From the NCBI GenBank assembly GCA_016699465.1, contig CP064977.1, positions 685,739 through 743,115 on the forward strand: 57,377 nt of DNA, given 5' to 3'. A program made the translations under genes and the position numbers. Shown here piece after piece: positions 8,836 to 17,160 of this stretch (positions within the stretch are counted from its first letter, which is position 1; every line of letters begins with the position of its first letter). Under the pieces are notes generated by a model, which ran no database searches, had not been told where the DNA came from, and saw only the letters and a list, made by a program, of their open reading frames with translations. Source of the DNA: Candidatus Campbellbacteria bacterium. GTDB lineage: Bacteria > Patescibacteriota > Minisyncoccia > Phycocordibacterales > EsbW-18.

Positions 8836-11800
8836 ATGAAAAACCCGACTTTTTTGCGTTATGTTACAACAGTAGTGCTCGCTCTTTTTCTTGTATGCGG
8901 AACGCTTTTTGCGCATTCAGCACACGCCTTTTCTCTTGATTCTTTTTTGAATACGTCGTCACCACGTTTTGTTCATACAAAGGAAGTCGCAGCATCTTGG
9001 TGGAATGCGTATGCCTACACAGCAAATGCAACTACTGGTCTTGTTGTTGAAGGATTCTTAGCGGTATGTACAGAATCACCAGCTATCCTCGCGTCTCTAC
9101 ACACGACTATTTCAGATATTCTCACAGACGGCGCTGAAGGTGTAATCACAACACTTGTGTATGATACGGTTCCGTTTATTCAAACTGTACAGGATATCAA
9201 TACAACCGTTGCCAATATCTACATCACGGGCGCGCAAGAAACATTTGCATTAGTTGGTGTATATGGTCGCACCGTGTATGAAGCAAATGCATTCGCATCA
9301 AGCATTCTTACAAACGGAGCAGAAGGTGTTATTACACTACTTGCAAACAACGCCACAACATTCGCACGAACACTTTTTGACATCAATACAACCGTTGCCA
9401 ATATCTACATCACGGGCGCACAGGAAACATTTGCATCGATTGCAACGTACGTTGTCAATGTGCGTGATGCAAATATGGCGGTGTCCGCTCTTTTGCTTGC
9501 AGGAGCAAATGATGTTGTGACGACAACTGAAAATAGTATGCATGCTCTTGCGCGCGCACTTCACCAAACGGCGCGTAGTATGCGTGTGGAAGGGCACACT
9601 ACATTTGCCGCAGTATACTCAAGTCTCGTACCGCCACAAGCAACATCAACACAAACACCAGCACCAACACTCTTCCAGAGAGCGCGAACCGCCCTCCGTT
9701 CATGGCTTGGTATCACCACAACGGTCATCACACTACCATCACTTCCAACACCACCAGCACCCGTTCAGCAAGTAACACAGACAACCATCCAAGGACCAGA
9801 ACGCATCATCGAAACACATACGTTCACCAACAACGTTCTCGGTCTTTCACAAGCAGATCTCACGAATGCAATTGCAGGACTTCGTCTCGAGTTGTTGCCA
9901 AAGATTAAACAGGCAATGGGTTCACCAACATACAACCCTCCCGACACCGCATACCTCGAACTCTCAGGTGGCACGCTCACTGGAAATCTTGCAGGCACCT
10001 CACTCACACTCACCAATAATCTTTCTGTTGCAGGTACTTTTGCTGATAGCAGTGGTGATGTGGGAACGGATGGCTACATTCTTCAAACAACAGGCACGAG
10101 TACCAACTGGGTTCCTGCAGCATCATTGAGTGTGACAGGAGATGGTACCTTCTCCACCACATCCGCTGACTACTTCATCACAAGTTCTTCAACCATCGCC
10201 CATGCATCAGGTGTTGCACTCGGCAACGTACTCCAGTGGGACGGAAGTGCCTGGGTTTCAGCCGCGACATCAACGCTTGGCATTGGTACATCGCAGTGGG
10301 TAACAAATAGTTCGGATATTTACTACTCAACAGGCAACGTCGGCATCGGTACTACGTCCCCGTATGCAAAACTTTCTGTCGTTGGTCCGGTTGTGGCTGA
10401 ATCATTTAATGCAACATCAACAACGGCGACGAGTACGTTTGCGGGTGTTTTGTATACTGCGGGTTCTTTTGCGGATAGTACGGGGAGTAAGGGGGTAAAT
10501 GGCATGGTTCTTCAATCAACAAACACTGGTGTGCAGTGGGTGGCCACATCATCACTCGGCATCTCGGGCATCACCGACCACGGACTACTCACCGGACTTT
10601 CTGACGATGACCACACACAATACGCGTTACTTGCCGGACGTTCTGGTGGGCAGACGCTTGTTGGAGGAACGGGGGCAACAGACGATCTCGTTCTTGATGG
10701 TTCTGCCGCAACGGCGGGAAGCGTGACCGTGAGCGAAGACGGAGATATCAATGTGGGTGGATTATTGAGTGTTCGACATAGTAATGTTTCTGCCCCGTAC
10801 TATTCTCTTGCGACGTTTGGATCTGCAAGTACTGGCTATTTGAGTATTTCGCAAGGGGATTCGGTCGGTAGGATTCTCAACTTTTTTTACGGATCTGATA
10901 TGGGGCTTTCGAATGGAAGTAGCCTCTTGTGGTCAGACAGTACAGACGGAGCATTGGGAACAGTAGATACCGGCCTCTCCCGTATCTCTGCCGGAATCCT
11001 CGGTGTTACAAACGGTTCTTCTGGTGGTGGTGCGCTGTATGCAAATTATTTTAACGCAACATCCACAACTGCGACGAGTACGTTTGGGGGACGCATCATC
11101 TCTCCAGGTATCGTTGGGGGAATAACTGGATCTGGGATACTGACACTTGATGGAGACCAGACGGTGGCTGGAAGTGCGTCGGTTGCTGCTAACGGAGTGA
11201 TTTCGTATAATGCGACGCAAAACACTGGGTCAATATCGATCGGGCCTATGAACTACGAGAACCTAGGTAGTGTTGCCTATACCATTGGCGCAGATGCTCG
11301 GTCTGGTCAGCAGGGGATGTTTCTTGCTACTGGTGGGTCGCTGGCGAATCTGGCGATAAGGAACCTGTTCCTTGGTACGGGGAGTACAGATTGGGGTGGA
11401 ACGTTTGTCGCCTTGATTGCTGATGGTGCGAATGCTCTTGCACAACGCAACAGCACGAACGCTCAGAATTTCCGTTTGTATGGCACGTACACTGACACAA
11501 ATAACTATGAACGCTTCACCGCTTCAACAACACAAGGAACCGGTGTTGTGCTCGGCATGGAAACCGCGGGAACAGGTGCGGATAATCTGCATATCATTCT
11601 TTCCCCGGCAGGAACAGGCAACGTCGGCATCGGTACTACGTCCCCGTATGCAAAACTTTCTGTCGTTGGTCCGGTTGTGGCTGAATCATTTAATGCAACA
11701 TCAACAACGGCGACGAGTACGTTTGCGGGTGTTTTGTATACTGCGGGTTCTTTTGCGGACAGTACGGGGAGTAAGGGGGTAAATGGCATGGTTCTTCAAT

Positions 11801-14697
11801 CAACAAACACTGGTGTGCAGTGGGTGGCCACATCATCACTCGGCATCTCGGGCATCACCGACCACGGACTACTCACCGGACTTTCTGATGATGACCACAC
11901 ACAATACGCGTTACTTGCCGGACGTTCTGGTGGACAGACGCTTGTTGGAGGAACGGGGGCAAGCGATACGTTGACTCTTGATGGAAGTCTTGGAACATCG
12001 GGCGCTCTTGTTGTGGGTGCATCGGGAGCATTGCTTGCTCCCGATGGAAATGCTACAACACCTGCGTATTCGTTTGCGAATGCGACGGGAATCGGAATAT
12101 ATAACGGTGGTGGAAACGAGTTGTCGTTTGATGGTGGATCACATCTGTTTACTATCAATGGCTCTAATCTTCTCAACCTTGTTTCAAACAAGGTGAATTT
12201 GGGTAGTGCTGTTGGTCTCAACTGGGGCACGATAGGCGGCTCTATGGATATCGGCCTCTCCCGTATCTCTGCCGGAATCCTCGGTGTTACAAACGGTTCT
12301 TCTGGTGGTGGTGCGCTTATGGCGGACTATCTCTCTGCAACATCAACAACGGCGACGAGTACGTTTGCGGGTGTTTTGTATACTGCGGGTTCTTTTGCGG
12401 ACAGTACGGGGAGTAAGGGGGTAAATGGCATGGTTCTTCGGTCAACAGGCACTGGTGTACAGTGGGCGGCAACGTCAACACTCGGGATTTCGGGCGGGCT
12501 TGGTACGGGGGGGCCGTCGTTTTCGGTCAATAAAAATACTACGAATCAAACCGTGACGGCAAACGTTGCAACGCTTCTAACGTGGAGCACAGAAGTGTTT
12601 GACACAAACAATAACTTTAGTACATCAACAGGAAAGTTCACCCCGACAGTTGCTGGAAAATATATCATCAGTGGTACTGTATATTGCCCCGGGGCGACAA
12701 ACTGTTATGTGTATATCTACAAGAACGGTTCTCTATACTTGCAGGGTGGAGAGGGTAGTGCCTCGAGCGTTGTTGCGAATATCTCGGCGGTTGTCGACAT
12801 GAATGGTTCAACCGACTACGTTGAGCTCTACGGACTCACCGGGGCAACGACCATTTCGGGTGCCGTTGATTCTACCCAATTTTCAGGTGCACTCTTGGCA
12901 CCAATCGATGCCGACGGTGGTGGATGGACGACAAATGGGTCGTACACCTATTTGACCAATGCCACAAATCTGGTTGGTGTTGGGTCAACATCTCCTTCTG
13001 CAAGATTTATCGTCAAAGGGAGCGGAACTGCTACAAACGCCTTTCAGGTTGTTTCGTCAGCAGATGTAAATATTCTTACTGTGTCGGATCTTGGATTTGT
13101 TGGTATCGGCACCACATCTCCCTATGCGAAGCTTTCCGTGGTCGGTGATGTCGCCATCGCAAGTGGCGGTCTCTATGACAACAACGCTTCACGAGGATCG
13201 AGTGGTATGGTGCTCCGGTCGACCGGCACTGGCTTGCAGTGGGTCGCAACATCGACACTCGGGATTTCGAGTGGTTCATCGCAGTGGACGACGAGCGGAT
13301 CGAATATTTATTACAGCACCGGAAATGTCGGCGTCGGCGTAACATCGCCAACATCTGCGGCGCTTGAGATCCAAGGGACGAATGGTACCGGAGCCGTTGC
13401 TCCGTTTGCACTATTTGCACAAGGAGGCAACGGCGGATCAGATGCCACGAACGGGTATAAGGGAGGGGGCTTCTCATTTATCGGAGGGGATGGTGGAGGA
13501 GCTTCTGATGGAACTGACAGCTTCGATATTTCTGGAGGTGATGGTGCTGACTTCGTTGTAACGGGCGGTGCTGGTGGTAGTGCGGATGGTGGGACAACTT
13601 CTACTGGAGGCGCCGGTGGAAGCGTCATCATTAATCCCGGCGCTGGAGGGGTTGCAACTGGCAGTAATCCACAAAACGGCGCTACGGGCAATGTCCTTCT
13701 TTCATATGATCGCGGCAACGTGGGTATAGGAAGCATCAGTAATTCGTCCGCAATGTTGTATTTCTATGATTCGAACCAGGGCATTAAACAATCGAGCGGG
13801 TCGCTTCAGTTCCTCACCGGAGGGAGCCCGCGTTTCTATGTCGCATCGGGTGGAAACGTCGGCGTTGCAACATCGTCTCCGTGGCGGACATTCGCGGTGA
13901 CCGGCACTGTTGGTTTTTCGAGCACGCTCTCTGCTGAAGCTGGGAGTGACAACTATCTTTGTATCGACCCGGTGACGTATGAAGTAACGAATGGCGGGGC
14001 AAACTGTGGTGCGTCGTCGGAGCGTTTCAAAGAGAACATCGTCGATCTTGCCTATGGGCTTGATGAAGTAAAGGCACTGCGCCCCGTCAATTTCACCTAT
14101 AAGAGAGAGATTACGCCGGACGGTTCCACACATATCGGACTTATTGCCGAAGAGGTCGCTCAGATTGTTCCGGAGGTTGTTGAATTTGATGAGGACGGAA
14201 AGCCCGAATCGGTGTCGTACGACAACCTCGTTGCGCTTCTCATTAAGGCGGTGCAGGAGCTCTCTGATAAGGTTGATGTGCTCCTCGCGTCGGCGGGACA
14301 ATCAATTTCTGGTGGTGTGGCACGCTTTGTTGATGCGGTTGTTGACCGACTTACCGTGGGAAGTGCTGAGGAACCATCGGGGATCACGCTTTTTGATGAT
14401 GTAACGGGCGAACCGTATTGTTTGTCGGTGCACAACGGTGCCACGGTGACCCAGGCGGGTGCGTGTGACACGCAACCTTTGGATGAACCAAACGGTGACG
14501 GCTCGGGTGCTGTTTCGGCTTCTGGATCTACCACAAGTGATCCTGTTGTTGACGAACCGACTACCGATGAACCAGGTGGTGATGAACCGGTCGTCGATGC
14601 CACGACGCCAGAGAATCCTCCCGCCGAGGAAGCCCCGGCGGTCGTTGAGCCTTCCAACGAGACTCCTGCCGAGAGTGTTGGAGATGTGGCCCCGTAG
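8836..14697 (+). CDS. Giant secreted Ser/Thr/Gly-rich fibre protein with C-terminal peptidase-S74 intramolecular-chaperone (tail-fibre/endosialidase type) domain
   Basis: ORF 8806..14697, start trimmed to ATG 8836 (MKNPTFLRYVTTVVLALFLVCGTLFAHSAHA, signal-peptide-like). Internal protein repeats, a Gly-rich block (GGNGGSDATNGYKGGGFSFIGGDGGG...). S74-type motif SSERFKENIVDLAYGLDEVKALRPVNFTYK...GLIAEEVAQIVPEVV...SVSYDNLVALLIKAVQEL. Confidence 0.85.
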   Translation: MKNPTFLRYVTTVVLALFLVCGTLFAHSAHAFSLDSFLNTSSPRFVHTKEVAASWWNAYAYTANATTGLVVEGFLAVCTESPAILASLHTTISDILTDGAEGVITTLVYDTVPFIQTVQDINTTVANIYITGAQETFALVGVYGRTVYEANAFASSILTNGAEGVITLLANNATTFARTLFDINTTVANIYITGAQETFASIATYVVNVRDANMAVSALLLAGANDVVTTTENSMHALARALHQTARSMRVEGHTTFAAVYSSLVPPQATSTQTPAPTLFQRARTALRSWLGITTTVITLPSLPTPPAPVQQVTQTTIQGPERIIETHTFTNNVLGLSQADLTNAIAGLRLELLPKIKQAMGSPTYNPPDTAYLELSGGTLTGNLAGTSLTLTNNLSVAGTFADSSGDVGTDGYILQTTGTSTNWVPAASLSVTGDGTFSTTSADYFITSSSTIAHASGVALGNVLQWDGSAWVSAATSTLGIGTSQWVTNSSDIYYSTGNVGIGTTSPYAKLSVVGPVVAESFNATSTTATSTFAGVLYTAGSFADSTGSKGVNGMVLQSTNTGVQWVATSSLGISGITDHGLLTGLSDDDHTQYALLAGRSGGQTLVGGTGATDDLVLDGSAATAGSVTVSEDGDINVGGLLSVRHSNVSAPYYSLATFGSASTGYLSISQGDSVGRILNFFYGSDMGLSNGSSLLWSDSTDGALGTVDTGLSRISAGILGVTNGSSGGGALYANYFNATSTTATSTFGGRIISPGIVGGITGSGILTLDGDQTVAGSASVAANGVISYNATQNTGSISIGPMNYENLGSVAYTIGADARSGQQGMFLATGGSLANLAIRNLFLGTGSTDWGGTFVALIADGANALAQRNSTNAQNFRLYGTYTDTNNYERFTASTTQGTGVVLGMETAGTGADNLHIILSPAGTGNVGIGTTSPYAKLSVVGPVVAESFNATSTTATSTFAGVLYTAGSFADSTGSKGVNGMVLQSTNTGVQWVATSSLGISGITDHGLLTGLSDDDHTQYALLAGRSGGQTLVGGTGASDTLTLDGSLGTSGALVVGASGALLAPDGNATTPAYSFANATGIGIYNGGGNELSFDGGSHLFTINGSNLLNLVSNKVNLGSAVGLNWGTIGGSMDIGLSRISAGILGVTNGSSGGGALMADYLSATSTTATSTFAGVLYTAGSFADSTGSKGVNGMVLRSTGTGVQWAATSTLGISGGLGTGGPSFSVNKNTTNQTVTANVATLLTWSTEVFDTNNNFSTSTGKFTPTVAGKYIISGTVYCPGATNCYVYIYKNGSLYLQGGEGSASSVVANISAVVDMNGSTDYVELYGLTGATTISGAVDSTQFSGALLAPIDADGGGWTTNGSYTYLTNATNLVGVGSTSPSARFIVKGSGTATNAFQVVSSADVNILTVSDLGFVGIGTTSPYAKLSVVGDVAIASGGLYDNNASRGSSGMVLRSTGTGLQWVATSTLGISSGSSQWTTSGSNIYYSTGNVGVGVTSPTSAALEIQGTNGTGAVAPFALFAQGGNGGSDATNGYKGGGFSFIGGDGGGASDGTDSFDISGGDGADFVVTGGAGGSADGGTTSTGGAGGSVIINPGAGGVATGSNPQNGATGNVLLSYDRGNVGIGSISNSSAMLYFYDSNQGIKQSSGSLQFLTGGSPRFYVASGGNVGVATSSPWRTFAVTGTVGFSSTLSAEAGSDNYLCIDPVTYEVTNGGANCGASSERFKENIVDLAYGLDEVKALRPVNFTYKREITPDGSTHIGLIAEEVAQIVPEVVEFDEDGKPESVSYDNLVALLIKAVQELSDKVDVLLASAGQSISGGVARFVDAVVDRLTVGSAEEPSGITLFDDVTGEPYCLSVHNGATVTQAGACDTQPLDEPNGDGSGAVSASGSTTSDPVVDEPTTDEPGGDEPVVDATTPENPPAEEAPAVVEPSNETPAESVGDVAP
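10329..10678 (+). repeat. 350-bp intragenic repeat, copy A
   Basis: Matches 11613-11962 except for the 3 mismatches I found (T/C, C/T, G/A), all synonymous. Confidence 0.9.
11613..11962 (+). repeat. 350-bp intragenic repeat, copy B
   Basis: See copy A. A third partial copy starts near 12337. A further 66-bp identical pair lies at 10971-11036 and 12252-12317. Confidence 0.9.
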
Positions 14698-14856
14698 GAA
14701 CCTGCGAATGTCTCAACAGGAACAACGGGTTGATGATTATTTCTATACAATTGTATACACCATGAAAATGTTTTCTTGAGAGAGGGGTGGTGTATACTAT
14801 GTGTCGTCGTAGATGTGTGTTGTATATTTAAAATATTAAAAAATAATATATTCAGT

Positions 14857-15357
14857 ATGAAGAAAATAACAGTAACTTCTATTATCGCCATGGTTCTTCT
14901 TGGGGGACTTTTTGGTGGTTGGGCATGGTACACGTATAACACGTTTCTTGGTCCAGATAGTGCCCTCATGGGCAACTCAACATATGTTGCCGTTTTTTTG
15001 ACAACAAATCAGGTTTTCTTTGGAAAAATTGAGTCCATGAATTACCGAGACGTTGTTTTGACAGATACATTCTATTTACAACAAGGAGGAACGACTGCAA
15101 ATCCAGAATTTATTTTGCAAAAAAGTGGTAGTGAACTTCACGCACCAGAGGATACGATGTTTATTAATCGAGACCACATTTTGATTATTCAACCTCTCAA
15201 GCCCTCGTCTCAAGTGATTACATCTATCAAGCAATATAAAGAATCGTTGACGAAGTCGGCTACACAAGAAACGGCAGGTAAAAAAGCAGCTGCGCCAGAG
15301 CCGGCTGTACCTGCTTCACAAGATGACACAACAGCAGAACCGCAGGTTCTTGAATAA
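14857..15357 (+). CDS. Membrane-anchored hypothetical protein
   Basis: ORF 14776..15357, start trimmed to ATG 14857 (MKKITVTSIIAMVLLGGLFGGWAWY, an N-terminal TM). Low-complexity Ala/Pro/acidic tail. No family recognised. Confidence 0.6.
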   Translation: MKKITVTSIIAMVLLGGLFGGWAWYTYNTFLGPDSALMGNSTYVAVFLTTNQVFFGKIESMNYRDVVLTDTFYLQQGGTTANPEFILQKSGSELHAPEDTMFINRDHILIIQPLKPSSQVITSIKQYKESLTKSATQETAGKKAAAPEPAVPASQDDTTAEPQVLE

Positions 15358-15378
15358 GAATTTGAGATAGGTACTTTT

Positions 15379-15415
15379 GAACCGTCCTCTATTCGTGTAG
15401 AATAGAGGACGGTTC
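15379..15415 (+). terminator. 16-bp perfect hairpin (terminator-like)
   Basis: GAACCGTCCTCTATTC-GTGTA-GAATAGAGGACGGTTC. No clear T-tract follows, so its function as a terminator is uncertain. Confidence 0.45.
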
Positions 15416-15424
15416 TGCATATGC

Positions 15425-16594
15425 ATGACCGGCGGCTGCACTCACATAGAACAATACATGGAGCTTGTCACCCGCCGGTCATGCATGGATGGAACTCGTC
15501 GCGCACACGTATATGCACAAAACGTGCCACTTGCGCCGTATACAACACTACGTATTGGTGGACCTGCGCGTTATTTTTTTTCTGTAACCAACGATACAGA
15601 ACTTCGGGAAGCGGTTTTGTATGCGCACACACAGCAAGTGCCGTTTGTTGTGTTGGGTGGAGGCTCAAACACACTCTTTGCAGATGGGGAATATGAAGGA
15701 GTCGTTATACATATGTGCATGAAAGGAGTTGTCTATGAAGAAAGGGACGATACAACAGTGCTCTGTATATGTGCAGGCGGGGAAGTGTGGGACGATGTTG
15801 TTGCAGATACTGTTACGCGTGGATTGTCTGGTTTGGAAAATCTTTCAGGTATTCCAGGGAGTGTTGGAGCGTCACCGGTACAAAATATAGGTGCATATGG
15901 TGTTGAGGTCGGAGATCATATTGAGTACGTTGAAGTATTTGATACGCGCACATTTAAAAAGAAAAAACTTTCTCGAGAAGAGTGTTGTTTTGGATATCGC
16001 GATAGTATTTTTAAATCACACGAAGGGCGCGCATACATTGTTACGCGTGTTGCATTCAGACTTTTATACAGACCGCATGGGAATGTCGGTACCATTTACA
16101 AAGACAATCGTTTTAATATTGGTGATCTTATTCGCAGGCGCACAGAAACACCAACACTAAAAGATGTGCGTGATGTGATTATTGAAGTACGAGATAAAAA
16201 AGGGATGTGTATAAAAAAGGATGGAACGTCTTTTGCTTCGGCTGGGTCTTTTTTCGGCAATCCTATAGTGTCACGTGCAAAGTTTGAGTATATTCTGAAG
16301 GTGGCAGAATACACTGACAAAGAAAAAGAGAGTAGATTGCGCCCGTGGTTTTGGGACCAATCAGATGGCTCTATAAAAGTGGCTGCCGCATTTCTTCTTG
16401 AATTCACAACATTTTTAAAGGGGTATACGCGCGGAAGAGTTGGCGTATCACCGTATCATTCGTTGTCTCTCATTAATCTTGGTAATGCAACAGCACGTGA
16501 AATATCTGACTTGGCACGTGATATGCAAGACGCCGTTGAAAAACTTTTTAATGTGCGTCTTGTTTCTGAAGTTGAGCACGTTGGTACTTTTTAA
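15425..16594 (+). CDS. murB: UDP-N-acetylenolpyruvoylglucosamine reductase
   Basis: LAPYTTLRIGGPARYFF, VVLGGGSNTLF, GLENLSGIPGSVGASPVQNIGAYGVEV. The start is uncertain: ATG 15485 lies just after a 13-bp inverted repeat and is an alternative. Confidence 0.85.
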   Translation: MTGGCTHIEQYMELVTRRSCMDGTRRAHVYAQNVPLAPYTTLRIGGPARYFFSVTNDTELREAVLYAHTQQVPFVVLGGGSNTLFADGEYEGVVIHMCMKGVVYEERDDTTVLCICAGGEVWDDVVADTVTRGLSGLENLSGIPGSVGASPVQNIGAYGVEVGDHIEYVEVFDTRTFKKKKLSREECCFGYRDSIFKSHEGRAYIVTRVAFRLLYRPHGNVGTIYKDNRFNIGDLIRRRTETPTLKDVRDVIIEVRDKKGMCIKKDGTSFASAGSFFGNPIVSRAKFEYILKVAEYTDKEKESRLRPWFWDQSDGSIKVAAAFLLEFTTFLKGYTRGRVGVSPYHSLSLINLGNATAREISDLARDMQDAVEKLFNVRLVSEVEHVGTF

Positions 16595-16822
16595 TTACAC
16601 GTTGTTTAGTAGTAAATTATTTTTTTGCAATTTATTTTTTGTAAAAATTTTTCTCCACGTATTGTTTTAAAAATTTTTTAAAACAATGAATGCAAAGTTA
16701 TCCACACTTATGCATAAAACATGTTGTGTTGTGCACGATTATGAACGATAATTTTATGTAGTAAACATATGTGCACGCTAATGTGTACATTCGTGTTGGT
16801 CGACGTTTACCAAACCCTTATC

Positions 16823-16840
16823 AATCGTGGTACCACGATT
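16823..16840. promoter_or_regulatory. 18-bp perfect palindrome AATCGTGGTACCACGATT
   Basis: Perfect palindrome 7 nt upstream of ATG 16848. It shares the CCACGAT/ATCGTGG half-site with the 8684-8717 cluster. Confidence 0.35.
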
Positions 16841-16847
16841 CAAAATT

Positions 16848-16937
16848 ATGGCAGCAAAAAAGAAAGCAAAGAAAGTTGCAAAAAAGAAAGTTGCAAAGCG
16901 TGCTCCAAAGCGCAAAGCAGCAAAGCGCCGAGCGTAA
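16848..16937 (+). CDS. 29-aa Lys/Ala-rich basic micro-protein (histone-H1-tail-like composition)
   Basis: ATG 16848 ... TAA 16935-16937 encodes MAAKKKAKKVAKKKVAKRAPKRKAAKRRA. Followed immediately by intrinsic terminators. Too short for the ORF track. Confidence 0.4.
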   Translation: MAAKKKAKKVAKKKVAKRAPKRKAAKRRA

Positions 16938-16966
16938 GCTAACGCTTTGTCCCACATACAAAAAAT

Positions 16967-17090
16967 CGCCCTCGGGCGATTTTTTGTATACAAACACTTT
17001 ATTCGTGATTGTTTCATACAATCACTTGCGCCCTCGGGCGATTTTTTGTATACAAACACTTTATTCGTGATTGTTTGTAACAATCACTCG
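16967..17090 (+). repeat. Tandem 62-bp duplication, each unit containing a terminator hairpin
   Basis: Units 16967-17028 and 17029-17090; the first 48 nt are identical. Each unit has CGCCC-TCG-GGCG plus T6, the palindrome TTGTATACAA, and a second hairpin GTGATTGT..ACAATCAC. Confidence 0.8.
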
Positions 17091-17160
17091 CATCATACGA
17101 CGTTTTTTGTATGCAACCTCTATTTGTTTTTGTGTTATAATGCGTTTTCATACCTTATAT

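Noticed and set aside
10329-12475. Possibility that the near-identical repeats in the giant gene are a template/variable repeat pair of a diversity-generating retroelement.
   Set aside because: The mismatches I found are T/C, C/T and G/A transitions at synonymous sites, not adenine-specific substitutions. Both copies are in-frame parts of the same ORF. No reverse transcriptase or Avd-like gene is in the window.
14160-14975. 271-aa minus-strand ORF overlapping the 3' end of the giant gene, and similar long antisense ORFs at 13311-13736, 18697-19389, 41218-42042, 43431-44003, 44121-44768 and 49183-49950.
   Set aside because: Each lies antisense to a gene with strong family signatures (S74 fibre, secA, glycerate kinase, ppsA, rpsB). 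Each has low-complexity or compositionally odd translations (Pro- or Ser-rich mirrors of Gly/Ala-rich sense codons). None has its own start context.
8836-15357. The S74-containing giant gene as evidence of a prophage.
   Set aside because: There are no capsid, portal, terminase, tape-measure, baseplate, integrase or lysis genes on either side. The flanks are glycan-synthesis genes and murB.
16771-17083. Overlapping 99-aa (+) and 101-aa/66-aa (-) ORFs in the murB-secA spacer.
   Set aside because: They run through the tandem terminator repeats and the Lys-rich micro-ORF region. Their length is a by-product of the duplicated sequence, and their translations are repetitive nonsense.
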